Shown: positions 1 through 13,269, numbered from the whole stretch's first letter. The stretch is 59,716 nt of DNA, filler included, from Dugesia japonica (GCA_001938525.1; 4 parts of 4 records of this genome joined end to end with filler, not necessarily neighbours in it); one strand, 5' to 3'. Numbers and translations are program-made. Notes: generated from the sequence alone by a model not told the origin.

Positions 1-189
1 GTATCTAGAATGAGTTGACCTTCTGAATTAGGACACCCCAGTACAGTAGAATTACAAAAGGCTTCCTTGATTTTCCCAAAACTTGTCTCGCATTCCTTTG
101 TCCACATTATCTCGCGCTTTTGACCTTCGGTAGCTGCATATATAAGTGTAGCAAGTTGCGAAAAATTCTTTTTAAATTTTCTGTAATAA

Positions 190-414
190 TAGTAGTTGTT
201 TAATGGAATGGATGAACCCTATGTAATATTTTTTGATTTTTTCACTTTGTCAAAAATGGACGTTTTTGACGATTTTTCCGCTCAATGACAAAAACCCAAT
301 AATTTTAATCAATTTGCTAAATTGAATAAATTAAATAAATGAGGCCGCGTGAGAAATGGCGAAAAAATCAAAAAATATACCACAAGTCTCATCCAGCCCA
401 TTAAACAACTACTA
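190..414. mobile_element. ~225-bp foldback element (MITE or Polinton-like end) with ~55-bp terminal inverted repeats
   Basis: tagtagttgtttaatgg...tattttttgattttttc (190-243) is an imperfect reverse complement of gaaaaaatcaaaaaatata...ccattaaacaactacta (361-414). There is an internal hairpin gtcaaaaa-tggacg-tttttgac at about 249-270. Confidence 0.6.
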
Positions 415-477
415 CATTTCAATAAATTACATTATTTCAAATAAAATGAAATAATAATAAAAAGTTATAAAAAAGAC

Positions 478-3400
478 ATGCCAGCATTACGAGGAATTAA
501 TAATATTAATTTACCTTCAATTATAAGGAGAAATAGGATAAATAGAATTAATAGATTCACCTCTCGTTTAAATCGTCAAGAAGTACTGGGGATTAATAGA
601 TTGAGTACAATAAATGTTCACCACTATTATTTTAAGGAAATTATATCTAATGATTTATTTTTAACTGATAATATAAATACCTATTTATCTGGTTTTGAAA
701 ATACAATCAGAGATAAGATAGAACACTGTCCTTACAAGAAATTCAAATCTATAATATCCTGCACCGTTTATATGAAAAAAGATATATTAATTAACGAAGA
801 GATAGAAAATAGAAATACTTATAAATTATTTCAGTCGCATCCTTTAATTTGTTTTAAAAATAATTATGAAGAAATTTATGTAAGTAAAATAATGTTTTTG
901 ACAATATGAACAGATTACAAGGAAGCAATTGGAGAATAATAAGTTTTATTAGACCTTGGATTAGAATTCATTAGAGTTAAATTTTTACCTGGAGAGCATA
1001 TTGTAAATTTTCCATTTAGATCCAATTCAACAATAAATATTAAAACAAAAGATATTTTTTGCGTATTTTGGCATAATTTGCGTATTTATTTCCTCAGCCG
1101 GATAATTCACATCATAAAAGCGAATTTTAATATTATTCAAAATATTTTAAAGCAATAAATACTGATGTATTGGTGAAAAATATTATAGATCTAAATCAAA
1201 TAATAGAGACAGGTTTTTCAATAAATAAGATTAACCTTCTGGAAAAATTATTCAACATCTCTATAAATGTCCTTGAATTAGATCGAAAACCGCTTGAAAA
1301 TAATATAACACTCCGAAAAAGTTATAAATCATCTCCATTGCATATTTCTAATTATGAAATAAAAACTAATGTCTTCCAATGTTAAGTTTTAAATGATTTT
1401 CATTATCAATACTATTATAATCATAATTTAAGGTATTTTAAGGTGTAATAAATGTAAACTCTATCATATGGGAAAGTAAGATTTCTAGATAGTTATCCAT
1501 TATTACAAAACTCGATAGAGGTTATATCAAAATCATTAACAAAAGAAGAGAGTAAAATATTATATAATTTCTGTAAAGAAGAATCAGCAAGATTAACTCC
1601 AGACGTAGTAAGATTAACTTTAGGAAATACGACAAGTGATATTATAGCCAATCCTATAAATACATAAATAACTAATAATGTAGGTGGAGGATTAAATATA
1701 GAATCAGCAATTATTGAACCAGACGCTTTATTTGAACTAATTAAGAAAAATGGAATATATCCATATGAGTAGATTGATAATCCATCAAAATATTATGAAA
1801 CGTATTATGACTTAAATGGTAGATTTTTTCCTCTACCAAGATAATCGTTTTATTCGGCATTAAATGGAAAAGGAATAACTAAAGATGAATATAAAAGATA
1901 TAAAGACGTTTATCAATTATTTAGATGTCGAAATTTCATTGATTTCACAATCCTATATAACTATTATGGCTGATGCAATAGAAAAATTTAAAGCTATAAA
2001 TGATTTCGACATATTTTGTTTCAGCTTCTGCTTTAACATGGAAGAAATGTTTAAAACACACAGAAATTAAATTAGAATTATTACAAACGTAAGAAATGAT
2101 CGAATTCTTTGAAAGAGTAATAAGAGGAGGAATATCTATGGCATAGGAAACAGATATGTTAAACAAAAAAATAAATACAGTAATAAAGATTTTGAGGATT
2201 TCGTAGTATTAAATGATGAGGAATATCAAAATTTATTAAATGATTTTAAAATAAACGGAGAAAATACAACTAAACTTCTAGAGACTTTAAAATCTAATTT
2301 TCTATTATATATCGATGCAAATAATTTATACGAACATTCAATGAGTCAACCTTTGTCTTATAGTCATTTTGAAGAAGCCTCAAAAGAAGTAATTGATTGC
2401 ATAAACCGAAATCCAATGCAAACATTACAATTTATGTTTAATGAAGCAAAATAAATACATAATAACGAGTTTAATGTTGGTTATGCTTTTAAAGTTAATT
2501 TACAATATAAAGATGATGCAGCAAAATTAGCTAATAGAAAATATCCATTAGCTCCAGAGAAAAGAAAGATAAAAATAAATGAATTATCTAGCTATCAAAT
2601 AAATTTATTGAATCAATCAAAACAAAAGTTTGTTAAGACAGAAAAATTAGTTTTAGATCTAAATCCGAAAACAAACTACGTTGTATATTGGAAAAATCTA
2701 TAATATTATATTTAAAGAGGTATGGTTGTAACAAAAATACATGAAGTAGTTTAATTTAGAGAAAACCATGGTTAAAAGATTATATAGTTTATAATACAAG
2801 AAAAAGAACTGTAGCTACAACTGACTTTGAGAAAGATTTTTGGAAAGTAATGAATAATGTCTTCTTCGGTAAAACAATGGATAATATAAGATTAAGAAAA
2901 AATAAAGAATTAGTTTATTTTTCTTCTCTAAATAAAACTACTTTAAAAGCATAACCATCATTAAACTCGTTATTATGTATTTATTTTGCTTTATTATACA
3001 TAAATTGTAATGCTAGCATTGGATTTCGATTTATGCAATCAATTACTTCTTTTGAGGCTTCTTCAAAATGACTATACAAAGAATTAGTTAATACGCCAAA
3101 ACAATTTATAAAATGAACTTCTTAATAAACATTTAAAAGTTTATAACGATTTGATGAAAATCTATTCGCTTGTCACTTTACAAAGAAACAAATACAAATG
3201 AATAAACCAATTTACATTGTATTTGTTATATTAGAATTATCAAAGTTAAATATGTATAAAACTTTTTATGGAGAATTAAATCCTATATTAGATATCACAC
3301 CAATATATACAGATACTGATTCTTGGGTGCTTAAAATTAAATCAAATGATTTATATAAAGAAATAAGAGAAAAGAATTTAAAAGAAATATTTGATTTCAG

Positions 3401-3790
3401 TAATTATGATATAAATAGTAATACTTGGAGACAATTATAATTAACTCCTGAAGATTTAACTAAGCATAAGAAAGTAATTGGTTATTTTACAGATGAATAA
3501 GGAAAACAAATAATGTTAGAATTTTGTGCTTTATAATCTAAATCATATTGTCTTATAAATGAAAATAAGAAAGATGGAATTAAAGAGAAAAAGAAAAATA
3601 AATGGACAAGTAAAAGTGTTGTTGATAAAGAAATACACAAGAGTAATTATAAAGATGCAATAAAGAATGGTGATTTACAATATAATATTAATTATAATAT
3701 TAGATCAAAATTACATTATGTTTATACAGAAAAACAAAATAAAATATCTTTAAATCCATACGATGATAAAAGATTTTATTGCCATAAAAG
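478..3790 (+). pseudogene. Polinton/Maverick/adintovirus-type protein-primed DNA polymerase B, fragmented by stops and frameshifts
   Basis: Ordered pPolB motifs by manual translation: INIKTKDIFC (~1035), FLDSY (~1482), NGIYPYE (~1750), IRGGISM (~2120), YIDANNLY..SMSQPL (~2307), YPLAPEK (~2542), DFEKDFWKVMNNVFFGKTM (~2823), NKPIY..ILELSK (~3201), YTDTDS (~3306), KKVIGYFTDE (~3468), LNPYDDKR (~3750). Confidence 0.9.
2916..3077 (-). repeat. Inverted copy of pPolB sequence 2360-2495 inserted within the polymerase gene
   Basis: 2940-3075 is the reverse complement of 2360-2495 with a few mismatches. The insert is bracketed by the 12-bp direct repeat aaagaattagtt (2904-2915 and 3078-3089). Confidence 0.85.
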
Positions 3791-4022
3791 AATAAAAAAA
3801 TCATTTATAGAAATTTATAATATTATTGCATCAATACTTTTATTTCAACGGAATAAACAATTCAAAAGCTTACCAAAAATGTTAGAATCTTTTACATTAA
3901 AAACAAATTTTCAAATAAAAAGAACAACTTACTATGAATATATGCGATATTTAAAATCATCTATATATTTATTACAATCTTGATATTCAGCACAAAATAA
4001 TAACGATTTAATTAATTTTATT

Positions 4023-5340
4023 GTGATACACAATGTTTCAATTATTGATTTTGAACATTTAAAATTTTTAATTGATTTTACTAGCAGAGAACTTGAATGT
4101 TTAGCAAATCATTTTTGCAGTGACTATCGAAGTGACCTCGATCAACCGCGATCAAGCTGTGATCAACCGCGAACAGCCATGATTGCGATCAACCGCGGAA
4201 AATCACTAACAAAGACAAATACAAGTATTAACAACGGCAAAACAGCGAGAAAAGTAACAGATGAAGAAATATTTAATGAAATAGATAAACATCTCGTACG
4301 CATGAAAATTTAATAAATAAATATAATGGATAAATATGGAGATAAAATCGGCGCAGTTAAGTTATATTTGCAATGAGTTAAATAGATTGATCAATATCAT
4401 AAAAAAGAGAAATAAAAATCATTGTATTTTATTTTTCTGTTCAATATTTGGTTTATTATTATTTTATATTTTTACATTGATCTAACGTTTGAAATAATCT
4501 ACGTTTTAATCTGTTATGATCATCTTTATTAGATTCTTTTAACTCTTTTGATTTAATTGCTTTATTTAGTTCTTCTAGATCATATTTATCATAGTTTTTT
4601 AGCTATTGAACTAAAACTTCATTTTCAATATTAACATTAATAATTGTTTGCCCAGCTAATTTTACTGCTGCTTCATATTGTTTTAATTTAATAAATAATT
4701 TGGGCGCTAACGCTACTTTATTTGCATGTGATAAATTCTTCACAGCAATATAATCATCTTTAATTTCATTTTTAAATTCTTTACTATTAGCACAATAATT
4801 AATAATTTCGTTTGACATATTTTTTATAATTAATTTGTAGAATTTAATTGATCAGTTTTATTTTCTTCAATTAATTTATTATTTTCATTACCTATATCAT
4901 AAATAGTGTCACCCATTAATTCAATACAACGTATGTATTGTTTGCTTTTAATAAAAAGATCTAAATATAATTCAGCTTTTTTAATTATAGATAGCTGTTG
5001 AACTTTATGATATTCATCTTTAATTTTATTTTAAAACTCATTAGTATTAATTAGTTCTTCAAAACATTCATCCATTTTAAATTTAAATTTTTACTTTTAT
5101 TCATCATTAATCGATGTCCATTTAAATCTTTTTAAATTTTTTCGACTAATCTTTCATTTTCATTACTTAAATTAACATTTTTGATGTATAAATCTTCATT
5201 TTCTGCACTTAGATCATAAAAATCAGTAGCTAAGATTTGAATTGTTTCTTGTAGTTTACGTAAGTTTAAATATGATTCAAACGTAAATATAGATTTATCA
5301 ATTGAAGTTATTTTTTGAATGTTATCATATTCAAGTTTAA
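4023..5340. other. Decayed small accessory ORFs of the Polinton-like element (both strands)
   Basis: Short ORFs at 4023-4313 (+) and 4603-4818 (-) with pPolB-like composition lie directly downstream of the polymerase. There are gatcaaccgcg repeats at 4140-4198. No recognisable domain. Confidence 0.3.
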
Positions 5341-5421
5341 ATTTTGTGATGTGTTTTAATAATAGTAATTAATTTGTGTAGATTTTAGTAAACTCAAGTT
5401 CCTTTATTTAATTACAATAAC

Positions 5422-6927
5422 ATGGCGTCACGATCATTGCTGGAGGAACTTATCGACTGGTTAAATGAAAATAAGATGTTTTCAAAGAAATTTATAATTG
5501 TAAAAAATATTTCAAATCATATTACCGAATTCGAAAAATTTGCCGAAGAACAAAAAATTGGGGGTTCAACACAACGCTCAGAGAAGTTGTTGAAAAGTTT
5601 AGAAAAAGAAGCATTGTTTGAGCTACTATCAATTCCATAGTTTAAATCTAATAAATCGATTTATGAATGGCTGAAGACAAAGTTATATAAATTATATCAA
5701 ATCAAGGTAACTCCAATAATTAATATTTTATCCTTGAAGCAGGAAGATATGACTCTTAGACAGTATCTAACTGCTATCAGAGTTGCTGGAATTCGCGAAA
5801 TACCAGATTACGAAGAATTTGATAGAGAAAAGACTCTGTTATCAATATTTTTGAAAGGGCCTAATAATCGTTCGGCAGCCAAAGCCACGGAAATTATGAA
5901 ACCAAACACTCTGGAAGAAGCTTTCAATTTTATGAAAAAGGAAGATAAAACTTGAGATAATGATAAATTGCGAATTATAAGCAATGATGTTGATACAGAA
6001 AATGGGCAAGAAATGAAAATATTAAAACGAAAAATTATTGAGCTTAAAAATCGTATAAAGTATTTGGAAAGAAACCATGAAACAGATTCTCCAAAGTNNN
6101 NNNNNNNNNNNNNNNNNNNNNNNNNNNNNNNNNNNNNNNNNNNNNNNNNNNNNNNNNNNNNNNGAAATTGTAACAAACCATTGCTATGCAGGAACTGTAA
6201 CAAATCCGGACATATATCTCAATTTTGTCAAGCAGCAAAAGGATCTAATATTCAGAAAGACGTTTTTCGAAGACTAGAAGAAATAAATGACAATTCTAAT
6301 ATTGAATATGATGAAGCCAGTTGTAATTATGAAAAGGAATCTAAAGATAATGAATTTTTCAAAAGAATTTTTTGAAAGAAAGGAAAACTAAAAGACGAAA
6401 GGAAACAAAAAGAAATATCAACTACCCAGACGATACTATTAAGTTGGATGAATATATTCAATATTCAAGACACAAATTTCCAATTCCCAAAGGACAAAGA
6501 ACAATGATATCAAATAAAAGAAGCGAACCCGCAGCAAACAAACCAATAATCAAAGGCAAAGTAGAACAAGAAGAAGAGAAAAGTTTTTATAGATTCTAGA
6601 GCAGAGTCCAGCAGCATGGATTTTAAATTATTTCAAATGATCAGAGAAAAAGAAAAAGTCAAGCTGCTTCGATCAAAGAAGACGTTAACATGTGCAAACG
6701 GCTCACGAATTAAGGTGATTGGATATTCTTTTATAAATATAACTATAGGAAATAAAACTAATAGAATTAAGATGACTATTGTAGATAAATTGTTCCCAAA
6801 AGTTAAAATAGGAAAAAGGTATATGAAAAAAATGAACATTTCGATTTTACCAAAACTAGACTGTGTAACTGTAGATGAAATAAAAGTACCTTTCATNTCC
6901 AAAATAAGAAAGTTAGTGGAAAACTAA
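5422..6927 (+). pseudogene. gag: Gypsy gag (CCHC zinc knuckle) and aspartic protease
   Basis: CRNCNKSGHISQFC knuckle (~6187-6230). VFIDSRA at ~6583 is a degenerate DSGA protease site, followed by LTCANGSRIKVIG. Confidence 0.8.
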
Positions 6928-7429
6928 AGAGCACTATATCCGAGCGTCCAGATAATAGTGCGAGAAGTGTGAAGAGGGCTCAAATTTGTACAGTAAGAAT
7001 TATGTTAGAAAATACAGTTACAATTTTGGAAAAGAGGAAGTAACTGTTTTTATCGAGTGTGGATAGCCGTATTTTATGTTTGAAGGAAATTTTATTTAGC
7101 CCTTATAAAAATAAGTTAGCGAATATAGGGGTTTGTCTTATGTTAGAGAAACTGTTAAAATTCCAGTAAGAATAATTAACTTTAAAAATAAAGATATTAC
7201 AATGTTTAGAAATACGAGATTAGGCTGTATTGAAATTGTAGATGATACAGAAGATAATATTGGAAATATTAATAGAATATATCAAGATAGCGGGATAGGG
7301 CATATACAATGCTTAATGGATACGATTATGAACAGACCTTCAGTTGATATCGATAAAAAAACGAAAAATACTGTAATAAAGTTAATAACAGTAAAGATAA
7401 TTATGATATCGGACATTTTCCACTTTTAA

Positions 7430-9330
7430 AACACGAAATAGATGTAATTGATCTTAAAAATATCGCTCAACCATTACAAAGAGCTCCCTCATCTAGAGAG
7501 TAAAATCGACGAGATGATCAAAGATCATGAACAAAACGGAATCATACGCTAGAGTTCAAGTCCGTGGTCTTCACCTATTGTGGTTGTTCAAAAGAAATTT
7601 GGAGACATTAAATTATGGATAGACTATAGAAAATTAAACTCAGTTACTAACCGACCTATACATCCTATTCCAGATAACCAACAGTTGTTCGATTCACTTG
7701 CGGGATCAAGATTGTTTAGTGCACTTGATTTATCTAGTGGTTATTACAATGTAGAAATAAGTGACAACGACAAATGGAAAACAGCTTTTGCTACACGAAA
7801 AGGTCAGTATGAATTTATTCGTATGCCTTTTGGACTGTGTAAAGCACCAGCAACTTTTCAAAGATTAATTCATTTAGTTCTCAGAGAAGAAAATTTCGAT
7901 AAATGCTTAATATATCTCGATGATATTTTGATTTTTGGGAAAAGCATAGAGAAACACAGTGAAAGACTGAAAAGGATATTAGAGAAGATACGGCAGTCAG
8001 GAGTTAGGTTATCTCCCCAGAAATGCGTTTTTTTGAAAACTTTAGTAAAATGTTTGGGTCACATAATATCAAGCGAAGGAGTGACAACTGATCCAGAAAA
8101 AATTAGTGCAGTAAAGAATTAGAGTACTCCTAAGACAAATGAAGAATTATCAAGTTTTTTAGGGTTTTGCAATTATTACAGAAGATTTATTTGGAGATAT
8201 GTCAAAATCGTTAAACCTCTAGAAGATTTGTTAAGAAATGCAAGCATTACGAAAAACGAAAAAAATGTAGATTTAACATGGGAAGAATTTCATAAGGAAT
8301 CTTTTGAAAGTCTGAAACATGTTCTTAAAAGCGCACCAGTTTTATCGTATCCAAATAGGAATGAAATTTTCGTATTGGATACAGATGCTAGTCACTTTGT
8401 AATGGGAGCAGTTTTAAGTCAAATTCAAGATAACGAAGAAAAAGTAATATGCTATGGATCTAATAAGTTTTTGAAAGCAGAAAAAATGTATTGTATAACC
8501 AGGAAAAAACTCATGGCAGTGTATTACTTTGTAAAGAAATACATGCATTATTTATTGCGGAAGAAATTGATTATTCGTACAGATTACAAGAGTTTAACAT
8601 GGATGTTGAATTGGAAAAGACCAAATACATCACAGTACTGCTCCTGGATTGATGAATAAGTATGTAGGATTTTGAAATTCATCATCAAAAAGGACAATTA
8701 CATGCAAACGCAGGTGCACTTTCCAGAGAATTCCAGTGCGAAAAATGTGAAATAAAACATATCGACCCAAAAACTAGACAAAATGTCAAAGTGCTTTTAA
8801 TGCCATGTGCTGAGAGAAAGCAAGGAAATAAAATATGTTATAATATCAAAAAGTCTTTTACAGCGACATAACATAACATAACATAACTACTACCAAATAG
8901 TGGGAGTTATTCATATATTTTAGGAATCATCGATGATTTTTCTAGATACATAGCGTTAACACCATTGAAGAATATTTCTGCAAAGACAGTTAACGAATTG
9001 ATATTTGAAAGATTGATAGCGTACTTTGGTATTCCGAGGATAATTCATTCTGATAACGGAACACAATTTAAATCGGAAATAATGAAGAAATTGTGTAATA
9101 AATAACAAATAAACCAATTATTTTCAGCACCATATTATCATCAGGGTAATAGGCTTATATTACGCGTATTTAGAACAGCCAAAGACAAATTATATGCATC
9201 CTTTAAGTCGCATAACTAATCGTGGGTTAAAGCAATTCCTTTTGTTGAACTAAATATGAGATCATCAAGTAACAAAAAATTGTAGGTCTCACCTTATGAA
9301 ATTCAATTTGGAAAAAAGATGAATTTGAAA
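7430..9330 (+). pseudogene. pol: Gypsy pol: reverse transcriptase, RNase H, integrase core
   Basis: RT: SSPWSSPIVVV, IDYRKLN, LDLSSGY, MPFGL, YLDD (7913). RNase H: LDTDAS..MGAVLSQ. Integrase: IIDDFSRY, FGIPEIIHSDNGTQF, APYYHQGN. Confidence 0.95.
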
Positions 9331-9469
9331 CCAGATATTTTGACTGCCAATGTAAAAATTAACAAGATGGATTTTCAGAAAAACTTTAAACAACAAAGGG
9401 AGAGAATTACAAAAAAGAGAAAACAGATTCCAAAAGAAAATAAAGCTGAAAATAATGTTGATTGATTAT

Positions 9470-10260
9470 GAACACTTTCATTTTTATTATCCCTGTTTAT
9501 TAGGCGATTTTGATTTATAACTGCTGTGTAATGAAATCTGTTGTTATTTTCTAGTAATAACAAGTATATTTTCTCTCCATCTACTACTTTGACTAGTGTA
9601 TTATATCAAAATTTTGATGTTTCATTACTACATCATCTTTTTCATCCTCCACTGATTGTTGATTCCACGACAGAACATTAATGGATAGTTCTGGATTATT
9701 CTTCTCGAACCTTGGTATATCAATCAGTTTCATCGGCATATCCTCTTCATCAAATACAAGCTCCACCATTTATTTTTTATATAATGTTTCGCGGTTTCTA
9801 TTCTTTTCTTCAACTTGATCTTGTTTAGTGATAACAATAATATTGTAAATAAAACAGTAATTATCATCATTTTTTATGTTTACAATTGCTCTTTTCATTT
9901 TTAAATGTTTCGACAAATATTTGCAATCTTTGTAATTTTGAAATTTATTTCCAGTATTCGATTCAACATCCAACTGGAGCCTAGTTCGCTTCTTATTGTT
10001 ACATTTTCATTCAATTGGTTGATCCCATCTTCAAAAAGGTTATCAATTAATGCAACGGCTCTATTTGACTGTCTACAGGTTTTTAACTCTTTTTCTTCTC
10101 CATCAGCAGTTGTTGTTATCCTTTTAAACTCAACATGTAACCCATGACCTCTTATTCGTTTTTTTATATGTCATTCATGAGATTTCTTACGTTTTCTACT
10201 ATTTTGTGGTGTTTTGACTTGATTTGATAGCATATTAGTTATTTCAGATGGTATTTATTT
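9470..10260 (-). pseudogene. N-terminal fragment of a second Polinton/adintovirus-type DNA polymerase B gene
   Basis: Minus-strand translation gives SELGSSWMLNRI (GSGW-like), KRAIVNIKNDDNYCFIY and LLLENNNRFHYTAVINQNRL. These resemble N-terminal motifs of this pPolB family and parallel the ~1035 motif of the first copy. Confidence 0.7.
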
Positions 10261-10303
10261 TAGTTATACTTTGCGGAGTAGGAAGATATGAGAGCACCAA
10301 ATC

Positions 10304-10680
10304 ATGGCCCCTCAAGGGTGGCTGCCCCACCCCACCCCCCCGATGAGTCATATCCCCGTCCACTTTGGACTCCGCCCACTTTTTCCCACGCCTAATTTTT
10401 TTGGCCACGCCCACTTTTTTTGGCCACGCCCCCTTTCTTTTATTATATTTTTTATTTTTTTTACAATTTTTTTTTCTAAATTTTTTTTTACAGTTTTTTC
10501 TTTTTCAAAATTTTTTCAAAATTTTTTTTTTATTTGTTTAATTTTTTTTTAAAAATTTTTTTAAGTTTTTTTTTTTAATTTTTGTTAAAATTTTTTTGAT
10601 GAGTCATACTTTTATTCAAAATTTTTTTCTAAGTCAGAACAAAGACATCATACCCCCTCCCCCTACCCCCTACTCCCAAA
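10304..10680. repeat. GC-rich region with ccacgcc repeats and T-tracts, probable terminal or promoter region of the second Polinton-like element
   Basis: About four (gg)ccacgcc-like units at 10370-10432, gatgagtcata twice (~10342 and ~10598), and C-runs. It lies upstream of the minus-strand pPolB. Confidence 0.45.
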
Positions 10681-11231
10681 CACACAAATATTGCATAAAA
10701 GTTTACATAAATTGCATATAAGTCTATGTTATATTTTCTAACATAACATAGGTGTCTNNNNNNNNNNNNNNNNNNNNNNNNNNNNNNNNNNNNNNNNNNN
10801 NNNNNNNTAACATAGTTGAATGGGTAATTTTTACAAACATAACATAGATGTCAATGAAGTCTAACAAAAACCCAAAAGAACATCACACACAGTACACTAA
10901 TTGAGTATTATACACAGTAAACCATTGGATATTATACACATAGTAAACCATATAAAGTCATTAGATTCATACAATAAACCCAAAAGGTTCTTATAATACA
11001 CTCATTAAGATCTATAAAGTCATCTAATCCACAAAATTAACCCAGTATAGTGATATAATGCACACATAATATACTTTATATATTCATATAATGCAAATAA
11101 CATACCATATAATTCACACAATACATGAAATAATGTCATATAATACATATATTTAAACAAATAAAATCACTTAAATACATACAATTAACTCAATATAGTT
11201 ATATAATACACATAAATAACCCAATAAATTC

Positions 11232-11331
11232 NNNNNNNNNNNNNNNNNNNNNNNNNNNNNNNNNNNNNNNNNNNNTTAATTAATTAANNNNNNNNNNNNN
11301 NNNNNNNNNNNNNNNNNNNNNNNNNNNNNNN
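11232..11331. other. Artificial contig-joining spacer N44-TTAATTAATTAA-N44
   Basis: Six-frame stop linker centred in exactly 100 bp. The same spacer occurs at three places. Confidence 0.95.
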
Positions 11332-12175
11332 TATTATTATTATTATTATTATCATTTAACTGACGTTTTATTGATGGAAAATATATATTTTTAAAGCTTA
11401 TAAAATTTTATTTTTTTATTATTTTTTTGAATAAAAATTTTTGTCAATTTCTGATGAAATAATAATAACTTCATATAAATAATAATATAACAATTATAAA
11501 GGCTCTATAATTGGTTATCTGGAATAAAAGAATATTTAAAATCAATTATTAAAATTAAATCATTAACTTATATTCTCTAGTGATAAACTCTATTAATCAT
11601 TGTTTAATACCAGTTATTGGTTCACAGTAATTGGTTTATTTTCATAACTTTTTCAATTGAAAATAATTTGAAATTAAAAAATTATTTTTTATAATAAAAT
11701 AGTTAAAATTTATCAGCCTAGTTTCACAGCGGACAGAAATTTTTGTACACGTTTATTTATAACATTAAAGCGTCACACAAAATTATTTGAAATTATAATA
11801 ATTTTATACCAGTTCACGGTATAGAATTATATTTATCCAAATTTTATTAAAAAAACTTTATTAACTATTCACTAGTTAAAAATCATTTAACGTATATTTA
11901 ATAACAGATAACTATTAAAATTGTTTCTTCAATATTTACCTGTGTTATGTATGCTTATTATACACAAAACATTTTCTGTCTAGCCTGNNNNNNNNNNAAT
12001 GAAGAAAAGAAATAATTTACTATTTTTATATAAACATTTTTCTTTACTCTAATGTCAAATTACTATTTTCTCAGTATCTATTAAGACAAATGTTTAAAGG
12101 TTATTAATAAAATTTGCTCTTCTGTGATTAATTACAGATGTTTTATAAAAAAATAATCATAAATTTCAAAAAAAT

Positions 12176-13015
12176 AAAGAAAAAGGTTCAATCAAAATGA
12201 AATGTATTTGTAAAGAAATTCAGATTTTCGACACTTGTTGAATTAACCTGGTGAATTATTAACAACCCAGTTATTTATGAAACCATTCTACAGTGGACAT
12301 ATATTACCTTGGAGTAGTAATACGACCATCAGCCAAAGAATTGGTAAAATTAAAGTTGAAAGAATTCGAGCTGAGAGACTATCATCAAATGAAGAAATGA
12401 GATTGACTTCCCTCAGGTTATGAAAGTGAAGTCTTTAAACAATTTCAAGATTAAACATAATACTTTACCAGAAAAACATCATATTACATGAAAAGCATTA
12501 AGAAAAGGTTACATTTCTACACATCACAGAAAAAAACAGGAACAAATATTAATTAAATCGGAGAAACCTAAGATTAACTTGATTTTTAATAATTAAAATA
12601 ATTAACATTTTAAAAACTTTTCTAAAAAATTAGAGTTTTAATATAATAATATTGTAATGTTAATAAAATACATATATTATATATTTTAATACTGTATGTA
12701 TTAATTTTTTAAAGAGATTTACAATTCAATTTAATTAAAAAAAATTTTTTAAGATTTAATTTTAAAATAAAAAATTATAATTTAAATAGACCAATAGAAT
12801 TTTGATAAAAGATAAATAATTTTGTAGCAAAGATCTATTGTCGTTTTGAATCTTTCAAAAAGTCATCTTTCTTGAAGAAGACAAGTCTCAAAAATTTGAA
12901 TTTCTTTACAAATACATTTTATTTTGATCGAAGGTTTTTCTTTATTTTAATTAAATCTCAAAAAAGATCAAAGATTAAGTCCAACAATTATTCTCATAAT
13001 TATTGTAATTATAAA
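12176..13015 (+). mobile_element. Penelope-like retroelement 3' remnant with inverted pseudo-LTR piece
   Basis: 12470-12590 matches the GIY-YIG C-terminal region at 29329-29445. 12176-12238 is inverted relative to 12881-12943. 12967-13013 matches 58208-58256 in reverse. Confidence 0.65.
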
Positions 13016-13269
13016 ATAATAATAATAAGAAGACAAGAATAGTAATAATAATATAAATAATAATAAAAGTAATAATAAAAATAATAATAATAATAAAAAT
13101 AATAATAATAAAAATAATAATAAATTTGTAATTTAAATTTTTAAATTTTTGAGTGCTCAAATTAATGGAAAGAAAAATATTTGACTCAAAACATTAAATA
13201 AATTCTAATTACACTGTTATATCAGAACTACTTGAATATTTATTAATGTTTCCATGTATTTCATTACAG

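Larger units (their letters stand above)
5345..9470 (+). mobile_element. Decayed Ty3/Gypsy LTR retrotransposon (gag-PR-RT-RNaseH-IN)
   Basis: Possible LTR end ...aataaCA followed by a PBS-like TGGCGTCACGA (5423). Domain order PR-RT-RH-IN is the Gypsy order. No intact 3' LTR is visible. Confidence 0.92.

Noticed and set aside
10304-10552. 82-aa Phe-rich ORF
   Set aside because: It is a translation of C-rich repeats and T-tracts.
11276-11287. Conserved palindromic TTAATTAATTAA motif
   Set aside because: It is always flanked by exactly 44 Ns on each side, so it is an assembly spacer.
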